Source: Teichococcus wenyumeiae (lineage in GTDB: Bacteria > Pseudomonadota > Alphaproteobacteria > Acetobacterales > Acetobacteraceae). From it: a stretch of DNA of 24,000 bases. A model generated the notes under the pieces. That model saw nothing but the letters and a program-made list of their open reading frames with translations, was not told the DNA's origin and did no database searches. This document shows positions 18,161 through 24,000 of the stretch, piece by piece (position 1 is the first letter of the stretch; the number at the start of each line of letters is the position of its first letter). Both the position numbers and the translations under genes were made by a program. The stretch covers positions 88,777 through 112,776 of the forward strand of contig NZ_RFLX01000005.1 of assembly GCF_003696345.1 (NCBI RefSeq), written 5' to 3'.

Positions 18161-18190
18161 GGGCCGCCCGCCGCAGGGGCGGGACGGCCC
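18161..18190 (-). terminator. GC-rich stem-loop after the FAH-family gene (possible terminator, no U-tract)
   Basis: GGGCCG-CCCGCC-gcagg-GGCGGG-a-CGGCCC forms 12 bp with one bulge. On the - strand it starts 8 nt after the stop at 18198. No U-run follows, so the call is weak. Confidence 0.3.
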
Positions 18191-18197
18191 CCGGCGC

Positions 18198-19043
18198 TCA
18201 GGCGGCGGCGACGGTCTTCTGCACCTGCTCGCCTAGGCCGGCGATGCCAAGGCGGATGGTCTGGCCCGGCTTCAGGTAGACCGGCGGCTTCTGGCCCATG
18301 CCCACGCCCGGCGGGGTGCCGGTGGTGATCACGTCGCCCGGATGCAGCGTGATGAACTGCGAGACATAGGAGACCACCTTCTCCACCCCGAAGATCATGG
18401 TGCGGGTGGAGCCGTCCTGGTAGCGGTGGCCATCCACCTCGCAGAACATCGCCAGGTCCTGCGGGTCCGGCACCTCGTCCTTGGTCACCAGCCAGGGGCC
18501 GAGCGGGCCGAAGGTGTCGCAGCCCTTGCCCTTGTCCCACTGGCCGCCGCGCTCGATCTGGAATTCGCGCTCGGAAACGTCGTTGCAGACGGCATAGCCG
18601 GCCACGTAGTCCAGCGCCTCGGCCTCCGAGACATTCTTGGCCTTGGTGCCGATGACGATGGCCAGCTCGACTTCCCAGTCGGTCTTCTGGCTGTTCTTCG
18701 GGATCTCCACATCGTCATTGGGGCCGCAGAGCGCGCCCAGCGACTTCAGGAAGATGATCGGCTCCTTCGGGATGGCCGCACCCGTCTCCGCCGCGTGGTC
18801 GGCGTAGTTCAGGCCGATGCAGACGAAGTTCTTCATATGCGCCACCGGCGGGCCGAGGCGCGGATTGCCGGAGACGGCCGGCAGCGAGGCCGGGTCAAGC
18901 GCCGCCAGCTTCGCCAGCCCGGCGGCGGAAAGCGCATCGCCCGAGAAATCCGGCAGCACGCCGGAGAGGTCGCGGATGGTGCCGGCGGCATCGAGCAGGC
19001 CCGGCTTTTCCTGGCCCGGCGGGCCGTAACGCAGCAGCTTCAT
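18198..19043 (-). CDS. Fumarylacetoacetate hydrolase (FAH) family protein, probably a 2,4-diketo-3-deoxy sugar-acid hydrolase
   Basis: Track ORF, 281 aa. It reads KNFVCIGLNYADHAAETG, DWEVELAIVIG, GYAVCNDVSEREFQ, GQWDKGKGCDTFGPLGPW and HPGDVITTGTPPGVG, which together form the FAH/FAHD fold signature. The start lies 14 nt downstream of the SDR gene stop. Confidence 0.8.
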   Translation of the reverse strand: MKLLRYGPPGQEKPGLLDAAGTIRDLSGVLPDFSGDALSAAGLAKLAALDPASLPAVSGNPRLGPPVAHMKNFVCIGLNYADHAAETGAAIPKEPIIFLKSLGALCGPNDDVEIPKNSQKTDWEVELAIVIGTKAKNVSEAEALDYVAGYAVCNDVSEREFQIERGGQWDKGKGCDTFGPLGPWLVTKDEVPDPQDLAMFCEVDGHRYQDGSTRTMIFGVEKVVSYVSQFITLHPGDVITTGTPPGVGMGQKPPVYLKPGQTIRLGIAGLGEQVQKTVAAA

Positions 19044-19057
19044 GGTTCAGCGCTTCC

Positions 19058-19804
19058 TTAGTTGGTCCAGCCGCCATCGATGACGATGGCCTGGGCGGTC
19101 ACGAACTGGCTCTCCGGCGCGGAGAGATACAACACAAGCTCGGCGATTTCTTCCGGCGTGGCGAGGCGCCCCATGGCCTGGCGGGAGACAAAGGCGGCGC
19201 GCGCCGCCTCCACGCTGCCGGCGGTGCTGGCATTGGCGGCGATGCGCTCGCCCAGCGAGGGGGTGTCCACCGTGCCCGGGCAGACGCAGTTGCAGCGGAT
19301 GCCCCTGGTGACGAAATCGGCCGCCACGCTCTTGGTCAGCCCGACCACGGCGGCCTTGGTGGTGCCATAGGCGAAGCGGTTGGCGACACCCTTCACCGAA
19401 CCTGCGGCGGAAGCCATGTTGACGATGGCGCCGCCCCCCTGGGCCAGCATGCCCGGCAGCGCCGCCTGGATCACCTTCCACTGCGCCCGCACGTTCAGCG
19501 CGAAGGCGAAGTCCCAGTCCTCGTCACGGCAGTTCAGCACGTCGTTCTGGTGCACGAAGCCGGCGCAGTTGAAGACCACGTCGAAAGGCCCGTTGTCCTC
19601 GATGGTCGCCTTCACCGCCGCGTCGTCCAGCACGTCCAGCGGCATGGCGGCGATGCCATCCCCCAGGCCCGCCAGCTTGGCCGCGTCCCGGTCGGTGGCG
19701 ACCACCGTGGCGCCTTCACGGGCATAGGCCAGCGCGGCGGCGCGGCCGATGCCCTGCCCCGCCGCCGTCACGAAGCAGCGCTTTCCTTGCAGCCTTCCGG
19801 CCAT
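19058..19804 (-). CDS. Short-chain dehydrogenase/reductase of the BDH2/DHRS6-like group, probably a 2-keto-3-deoxy sugar-acid 4-dehydrogenase
   Basis: Track ORF, 248 aa. It reads GKRCFVTAAGQGIGRAAALAYAREGATVVATD (cofactor site), NMASAAGSVKG and YGTTKAAVVGLTKSVAADF (YxxxK). The stretch GIRCNCVCPGTVDTPSL is very close to human BDH2 as I remember it. Confidence 0.8.
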   Translation of the reverse strand: MAGRLQGKRCFVTAAGQGIGRAAALAYAREGATVVATDRDAAKLAGLGDGIAAMPLDVLDDAAVKATIEDNGPFDVVFNCAGFVHQNDVLNCRDEDWDFAFALNVRAQWKVIQAALPGMLAQGGGAIVNMASAAGSVKGVANRFAYGTTKAAVVGLTKSVAADFVTRGIRCNCVCPGTVDTPSLGERIAANASTAGSVEAARAAFVSRQAMGRLATPEEIAELVLYLSAPESQFVTAQAIVIDGGWTN

Positions 19805-19825
19805 GCAGTTCTTCTCCCATGCAAA

Positions 19826-19972
19826 GGCTGGGGGAAGGAATTCCCCCAGACCCCCATCTTCTCTTTGCGGTGTTTTTCAGCGTGGCACCGCCGGGCCGGC
19901 GGCAGGCCTCACTCGAAGAAAAAAGAAGGCGCAAACCTATACGTTTGCGCGGGGGAATTCCTTCCCCCGACC
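19826..19972. repeat. Nested-palindrome intergenic repeat element, copy B
   Basis: The left arm (19826-19870) matches the copy A left arm at 41/48 positions by hand alignment. An identical 19-mer, actcgaagaaaaaagaagg, occurs at 19911-19929 and at 10006-10024. The terminal hairpins at 19828-19849 and 19951-19968 are exact reverse complements of each other (GGGGGAAGGAATTCCCCC). An extra 8-bp hairpin, GCGCAAAC-ctatac-GTTTGCGC, is nested at 19929-19950. Confidence 0.75.
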
Positions 19973-19983
19973 TTCCTCCCCCG

Positions 19984-21765
19984 TCAGTGGTTGTGCCGGC
20001 TCTCGCCGCGCGTCTCCAGGATGTTCAGGTAGAGCGTCGCCGGCTCCAGGCAGCCGCCGGTGCCGAGCTGGCCCACCATGGAGCGGTAGATCTCCTCCCA
20101 CGGCGTCTTGTTCAGCAGCTTGGGCGGCGTCCAGGCGGCGCGGCGGGCTTCCATCTCCTCGGCCGGGATCAGCAGGTCCACCTTGCGGGTCTTCAGGTTG
20201 ATGCGGATCGGGTCGCCCGACTTCATCAGTGCCAGCCCGCCGCCCACCGCCGCTTCCGGGGAGACATTGAGGATGGAGGGGGAAGCCGAGGTACCGCTCT
20301 GCCGGCCGTCGCCCATGGTGGGCAGGCTGTGCAGCCCCGCTTTGATCATGGCGCCCGGCGGCTGCATGTTCACCACCTCGGCGCTGCCCGGATAGCCCAC
20401 CGGGCCGCAGTTGCGGATGACCAGCACGGTATGCTCGTCGACGCCGAGGTCCGGGTCCTCGATGCGGTCGTGGTAGTCCTCCGGGCCCTCGAAGACGATG
20501 ACCTTGCCCTCGAAGACATCCTCGGGGTCGGACAGGAAGCGCTTGCGGAACTCGGCGTCGATGACGCTGACCTTCATCACCGCGCTCTCGAACAGGTTGC
20601 CGGAGAGGACGACGAAGCCGGCCTGTTCCTTCAGCGGCGTGTCATAGGCGCGGATCACCTCGCGGTCCGGCAGCGGCGCGCGCTTCAGGTCCTCTTCCAG
20701 TGTCTGGCCGGTGACGGTCTTGACGCCGAGGTGGAGCTTGCCGGCATCCGCCAGCTCCTTCATCACGGACTGCACGCCGCCGCCGCGGTAGAACATCTCG
20801 CCCAGGAAGCGGCCGGCCGGCTGGCAATCCACCAGCAGCGGGATCTCGGCGCCGATGGTCTGCCAGTCCTCGGTGGTCAGCTCCACGCCCATGTGGCGGG
20901 CGATAGCCACCAGGTGCGGCGGGCAGTTGGAGGAGGCACCGATGGCGCTGGCCAGGACGATGGTGTTCTCGAAGGCCTCGCGCGTCATGATGTCGGAGGG
21001 GCGCAGGTTCTCCTTCACCATTTCCACGATGCGCGCGCCCGTCGCATGGGCGATCTGCCCGCGCTCGCGATAGGCCGCCGGGATGGAGGCGCAGCCGGGC
21101 AGCGACATGCCCAGCGCCTCGGCCAGCGAGTTCATGGACAGCGCCGTGCCCATGGTGTTGCAATGGCCGACTGAGGTGGCGGAGGAAGCCACCATCTGCA
21201 TGAAGCCGTCGTAGTTGATCTCGCCGGCGGCGAGCAGCTTGCGCGCTTCCCAGACGATGGTGCCGGAGCCGGAGAGCCGCCCCTTCCAGTGCCCGTCCAG
21301 CATCGGGCCGCCGGAGAGCACGATGGCCGGGATGTTCACGGTGGCCGCGCCCATCAGGCAGGCCGGCGTCGTCTTGTCGCAGCCGGTGGTCAGCACCACG
21401 CCATCCAGCGGATAGCCGTGCAGCACTTCCACCAGCGACAGATAGGCCAGGTTGCGGTCCAGCGCCGCCGTGGGGCGCTTGCCGGTCTCCTGGATCGGAT
21501 GGATGGGGAATTCGAGGGGAATGCCGCCGGCATCGCGGATGCCTGCCTTCACCCGTTCGGCCAGGGCGATATGGTGGCGGTTGCAGGGGGCGATGTCGCT
21601 GCCGGTCTGGGCGATGCCGATGATCGGCTTGCCGGACTGCAGCTCGCCACGCGTCATGCCGAAGTTCAGGAAGCGCTCGATATAGAGCGCCGTCATGCCC
21701 GGGTCTTCCGGGTCGTCAAACCAGCGCTGGCTGCGCAGCTTGAAGTGCTTCTTGGTCTGGTCCAT
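19984..21765 (-). CDS. IlvD/Edd-family sugar-acid dehydratase (pentonate/xylonate-dehydratase-like)
   Basis: Track ORF, 593 aa. It reads SGKPIIGIAQTGSDIAPCNRHH, VLTTGCDKTTPACLMG, LSGGPMLDG, GHCNTMGTA and LPTMGDGRQSGTS. The N-terminus RSQRWFDDPEDPGMTALYIERFLNFG and the C-terminus ...SRHNH resemble Caulobacter XylD as I recall it. This has not been verified by alignment. Confidence 0.85.
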   Translation of the reverse strand: MDQTKKHFKLRSQRWFDDPEDPGMTALYIERFLNFGMTRGELQSGKPIIGIAQTGSDIAPCNRHHIALAERVKAGIRDAGGIPLEFPIHPIQETGKRPTAALDRNLAYLSLVEVLHGYPLDGVVLTTGCDKTTPACLMGAATVNIPAIVLSGGPMLDGHWKGRLSGSGTIVWEARKLLAAGEINYDGFMQMVASSATSVGHCNTMGTALSMNSLAEALGMSLPGCASIPAAYRERGQIAHATGARIVEMVKENLRPSDIMTREAFENTIVLASAIGASSNCPPHLVAIARHMGVELTTEDWQTIGAEIPLLVDCQPAGRFLGEMFYRGGGVQSVMKELADAGKLHLGVKTVTGQTLEEDLKRAPLPDREVIRAYDTPLKEQAGFVVLSGNLFESAVMKVSVIDAEFRKRFLSDPEDVFEGKVIVFEGPEDYHDRIEDPDLGVDEHTVLVIRNCGPVGYPGSAEVVNMQPPGAMIKAGLHSLPTMGDGRQSGTSASPSILNVSPEAAVGGGLALMKSGDPIRINLKTRKVDLLIPAEEMEARRAAWTPPKLLNKTPWEEIYRSMVGQLGTGGCLEPATLYLNILETRGESRHNH

Positions 21766-21768
21766 CGG

Positions 21769-21852
21769 GCCGTCTTCCTCTTGCCTCTCCCTGTTGCCAG
21801 CCTCCGTCCGGGGTCGGCGGCTGTCAATCGGGGGGAGGCAGAGGAAGGCGGC
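21769..21852 (-). promoter_or_regulatory. Long-range RNA helix pairing an anti-SD-like arm with the ribosome-binding region of the dehydratase gene
   Basis: Arm 21769-21791 pairs with arm 21832-21852 as 4 + 8 + 5 + 3 bp, with one mismatch and two single-nucleotide bulges. In mRNA sense, GCCGCCUUCCUCUGCCUCCC pairs with GGGAGAGGCAAGAGGAAGACGGC. The 8-bp segment covers GAGGAAG at positions -15 to -9 relative to the ATG at 21765. The 5' arm begins immediately after the stop of the upstream small ORF. Confidence 0.5.
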
Positions 21853-22122
21853 TCAGCGGCCCCGCGCGGCTTTCAGGGAGCCAGGCTTGGGCGCCGCCTT
21901 GATCACCGGGGTGCGGGTGAGAGAGGCGATCACCGGGCGCGGTTGGCCGGAAGCCTTGGAGATTTCCTCGTCCTGGCTCTCGATCAGCTTGCGCGCGGGT
22001 TCATCGCCATCCAGCCCGCCCAGGATCTCCGCCGGCACCTTGCGGTTGGAGCGGCGGGAGCCGTCTTCGTAGAGAACGTCGAAGAAGACCCAGGTGCCGG
22101 TATTGCGCTGCTTGGCGGTCAT
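21853..22122 (-). CDS. Small hypothetical protein (89 aa)
   Basis: The track ORF is 21853..22146. The internal ATG at 22122 is preceded by AGGAG. The protein reads MTAKQRNTGTWVFFDVLYEDGSRRSNRKVPAEILGGLDGDEPARKLIESQDEEISKASGQPRPV.... Codons show GC-rich third positions typical of real genes here. I do not recognise a family. Confidence 0.55.
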   Translation of the reverse strand: MTAKQRNTGTWVFFDVLYEDGSRRSNRKVPAEILGGLDGDEPARKLIESQDEEISKASGQPRPVIASLTRTPVIKAAPKPGSLKAARGR

Positions 22123-22133
22123 CAAAAACTCCT

Positions 22134-22154
22134 GCCGCCGGAGCAAAGGGCGGC
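22134..22154 (-). terminator. Hairpin plus U5 between the two small ORFs, overlapping the SD of the downstream one
   Basis: GCCGCC-9 nt loop-GGCGGC lies directly after the TAA at 22158-22156. On the - strand RNA it is followed by AGGAGUUUUUG AUG. It therefore looks like a terminator while also carrying the SD of the 89-aa ORF. Confidence 0.3.
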
Positions 22155-22155
22155 T

Positions 22156-22326
22156 TTATGCCTGTTCGTCAGTCTCAGCCGCGGGCGGGGCATCGCTGGC
22201 GGGCGCCGTGGAGGCCTCGCGCTCAGCCTTGCGCTGCTCGCGCTCACGCTGCTTGGCATCGGCCTTGGCCTGCTTGGCCCGGTCACGATCAGCGCGCTGT
22301 TGGTTGTAGTTTGGGGCTCGTGCCAT
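22156..22326 (-). CDS. Small highly charged hypothetical protein (56 aa)
   Basis: The track ORF is 22156..22437. The internal ATG at 22326 is preceded by GGAGGA. The protein reads MARAPNYNQQRADRDRAKQAKADAKQREREQRKAEREASTAPASDAPPAAETDEQA. It has a Lys/Arg/Glu-rich helix-prone N-half and an acidic tail. I do not recognise a family. Confidence 0.5.
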   Translation of the reverse strand: MARAPNYNQQRADRDRAKQAKADAKQREREQRKAEREASTAPASDAPPAAETDEQA

Positions 22327-22469
22327 GAGGAATCCTCCCGTGTCTTGGTCAAAGGGGCCGCCGGTCTCCGCGGCCAGGTGGCACGGTAGAGGGCGCGCGG
22401 CGCGGGCGCGCGGGATGCATCGGCCCGTAAGGGTCATGCAACCGGCGCGGGCAGCTGCTGCCCGGCCGG

Positions 22470-22497
22470 AAAGGCCGCACGCCGGTGGCGCGCGGCC
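22470..22497 (-). terminator. Candidate intrinsic terminator of cspA
   Basis: GGCCGC-a-CGCC-ggt-GGCG-c-GCGGCC (22473-22497) forms 10 bp with one mismatch. It starts 33 nt after the cspA stop and is followed on the - strand RNA by UUU (22472-22470). A second hairpin lies immediately beyond it at 22442-22469. Confidence 0.45.
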
Positions 22498-22529
22498 CGT
22501 TTGGTCAGGCGCCGGAGCGCCCGGCCAGG

Positions 22530-22736
22530 TCAGGCGCGGCGCAGGTTGCCGGCCGAGACCTTGCCATCCTTGCCGCGCTGCAGCTCGAACTCGACCCGCT
22601 CGCCTTCGTTCAGGCTCTGCATGCCGCCGCGCTGCACGTCGGAGATGTGCACGAACACGTCCTTGGAGCCGTCTTCCGGCTGGATGAAGCCAAAGCCCTT
22701 AGTCGTGTTGAACCACTTGACGGTACCGATAGCCAT
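22530..22736 (-). CDS. cspA: Cold-shock protein (CspA family, single CSD)
   Basis: Track ORF, 68 aa: [34 protein letters not shown].... It carries the RNP1 motif KGFGFI and the RNP2 motif VFVHIS. Confidence 0.95.
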   Translation of the reverse strand: MAIGTVKWFNTTKGFGFIQPEDGSKDVFVHISDVQRGGMQSLNEGERVEFELQRGKDGKVSAGNLRRA

Positions 22737-22891
22737 CGGGGTGCTCCGTTGATGATGTCACCGCCGCACGACATGTGCTGCGGATCAACTTGATGGACGG
22801 GCACCAGGCACGATGCACGAACGGCCGGGCACGAGGCGCAGGCCAAACCAGTCGACGCTGTGTATCTAGGCGCCCCCCGGCCCAATCGCAA
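22737..22891 (-). promoter_or_regulatory. Candidate cspA promoter and leader of about 120 nt
   Basis: On the - strand, TTGCGA (22891-22886) is followed by a 17-nt spacer and then TAGATA (22868-22863). This would give a 5' UTR of about 120 nt, in line with the long leaders known for cold-shock genes. The leader contains four copies of UCGUGC and an ATCAA-n-TTGAT palindrome. Confidence 0.4.
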
Positions 22892-22918
22892 CCAATATGA
22901 CCAAAACGTCAGATGGGA

Positions 22919-23983
22919 TCAGCCGCTGAGCCCTTCCTCCAGGAAGACCTGCACGGCCTGGAACAGGGCCCCGCGGTTACGCTCCAGCATGATGCCGTGC
23001 GTGCCCTCCCCCAGCAGCACCATGCGCTTGGCGGGCGCGGCGGCCATGGCCTGGAACAGCGCCAGCGCCTGGGCCGCCGGCGCTTCCCGGTCCCATTCCG
23101 CCAGGGTGATCAGCACCGGCACCGTGACACGGGCGGCATCGAAGAGGCGGCGGCCGGCCTGCAGGTCCGCCAGCGGGCCATTCGGCACCCGCAGCACGGA
23201 AGGCACCTGCCGCGCCCCTTCCGGGTCCACGGCGAAGGTGGTGTCGGCCCAGTGCTCGTACCAGCCGGCGGGGAAGAGGCCGCCGCGCCGGTTGTCGGGC
23301 ACGCCCTCCACCCAGCGCGCCCGCACCTCGGCCCGCGTCAGGCTGCGATAGGAGGGCAGTGCCGGGCCGGCGGCGCCCGGCGCGCCGTTGGACTGGGGCG
23401 CGCTGCCCTGCGGGGTGGCGGCCTCGGCCGGCCATTCCGGCGCGTAGAGCACCAGCCGGTCCACCAGGGCGGCATTGTCCACCGCGAAGCGCGCCATCAG
23501 GCTGGCGCCCCAGCCCCAGCCCAGGTGCACCAGCTTGGGCACGCCCCGCTTCTCGCGGATAAAGGCGGCGGCGGCGGCGATATCGGCCAGGGCATCCCGC
23601 GCCGTGGTCAGCGGCTGCCCGCCCGGCGGCTGCGCCATCGCGGCATCGCGCGTTGAGCGGCCGTAGTTGCGCAGGTCGACGCTCCAGACATCGAAGCCGC
23701 GCCCGGCCATGTAATCCATCCAGGAGACGCCGCCGGCCGGCAGGTCGAAGGTCGTGCTGGCCGGAAAGGTGCCGTCATGGACGCAGAGCACCACGCGGTC
23801 CGCCCGCGCCGCCGTGGCCCCTTCGGGCCGCTTGTTGCGCAGGTAGAGCTGGATGCCGGGGCCGGACGGCACCAGGAATTCCTCCAGCACCACCCCGGCC
23901 GGCTGGGCGGAAGCCGGGCCTGCGGCAGGCAGCAGCAGCGGGGAGGCGATCAGCGGGGCGGCAAGCAGCACGCGGCGGCGCAT
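22919..23983 (-). CDS. Secreted alpha/beta-hydrolase-fold protein with an atypical nucleophile elbow
   Basis: Track ORF, 354 aa. The signal peptide reads MRRRVLLAAPLIASPLLLPAAGPASA-Q. Strand and turn elements typical of the fold are present: VVLCVHDG, KLVHLGWGWGASL, VLYAPEW and the C-terminal GEGTHGIMLE. The expected GxSxG motif reads GWGWG. Confidence 0.7.
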   Translation of the reverse strand: MRRRVLLAAPLIASPLLLPAAGPASAQPAGVVLEEFLVPSGPGIQLYLRNKRPEGATAARADRVVLCVHDGTFPASTTFDLPAGGVSWMDYMAGRGFDVWSVDLRNYGRSTRDAAMAQPPGGQPLTTARDALADIAAAAAFIREKRGVPKLVHLGWGWGASLMARFAVDNAALVDRLVLYAPEWPAEAATPQGSAPQSNGAPGAAGPALPSYRSLTRAEVRARWVEGVPDNRRGGLFPAGWYEHWADTTFAVDPEGARQVPSVLRVPNGPLADLQAGRRLFDAARVTVPVLITLAEWDREAPAAQALALFQAMAAAPAKRMVLLGEGTHGIMLERNRGALFQAVQVFLEEGLSG

Positions 23984-24000
23984 GGACTTCTCCGGTGGCG

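Noticed and set aside
15331-18279. A 982-aa ORF on the + strand antisense to hpnN. Similar long antisense or overlapping ORFs include 7000..8862 (-), 4813..6498 (-), 5421..7010 (-), 3764..5167 (-), 10786..12267 (+), 19819..21174 (+), 6515..7762 (-) and 15698..17380 (+).
   Set aside because: Their translations are dominated by Arg/Ala/Gly/Pro/His/Gln runs and have no recognisable domains. Each lies opposite to, or out of frame with, a gene that has clear family signatures. Long spurious ORFs are expected in stop-codon-poor DNA of roughly 70% GC.
21822-21827. A perfect -35 hexamer, TTGACA (reverse complement of tgtcaa), inside the loop of the dehydratase leader helix. This suggested an internal promoter.
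   Set aside because: No acceptable -10 hexamer lies 16-18 nt downstream; the candidates are GGAGGC, GAGGCT and AGGCTG. I treat it as coincidence.
13837-23983. Eleven consecutive - strand genes, considered as a possible genomic island or horizontally acquired block.
   Set aside because: There is no visible compositional shift, flanking tRNA, integrase or direct repeats. The content is a mix of housekeeping genes (map, cspA) and metabolism genes, so co-orientation alone is not evidence of mobility.

Overview
This is a very GC-rich chromosomal segment (roughly 70% or more by eye). The gene content looks alphaproteobacterial, possibly Acetobacteraceae or Rhodospirillales, but that is inference only. 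The core of the window (2757-18057) is a recognisable hopanoid (hpn) locus. It runs hpnA-hpnB-hpnC-hpnD-hpnE-shc on the + strand, and all five gene junctions are ATGA start/stop overlaps. Then come hpnG (+), the converging pair ispH-hpnH (-), and an HpnM/MlaC-like periplasmic protein (+). After an interposed map and a TetR regulator comes the RND exporter hpnN (-). The left flank holds a partial GMC oxidoreductase, which is open at the window edge and missing from the ORF track. It also holds an ECF sigma/anti-sigma pair transcribed away from hpnA. Everything from 23983 down to 13837 is on the - strand, in this order: secreted alpha/beta-hydrolase-fold protein, cspA, two small conserved-looking ORFs, an IlvD/Edd dehydratase + BDH2-like SDR + FAH-family hydrolase operon, hpnN, tetR, map. 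I found no tRNA, rRNA, CRISPR array, transposase or integrase. I also found no convincing evidence of a wholly new multi-gene system. Four signals remain poorly explained. (1) A nested-palindrome, GAATTC-centred intergenic repeat family has two full copies and one degenerate copy, and both full copies sit inside operons. (2) A roughly 84-nt long-range helix buries the ribosome-binding site of the dehydratase gene. (3) A clustered hexamer repeat lies in the cspA leader. (4) The hydrolase-fold protein has Gly where the nucleophile Ser is expected. Most long track ORFs antisense to or overlapping the genes listed here are GC-rich frame artefacts. All family calls come from reading the translations, and no database search was run.
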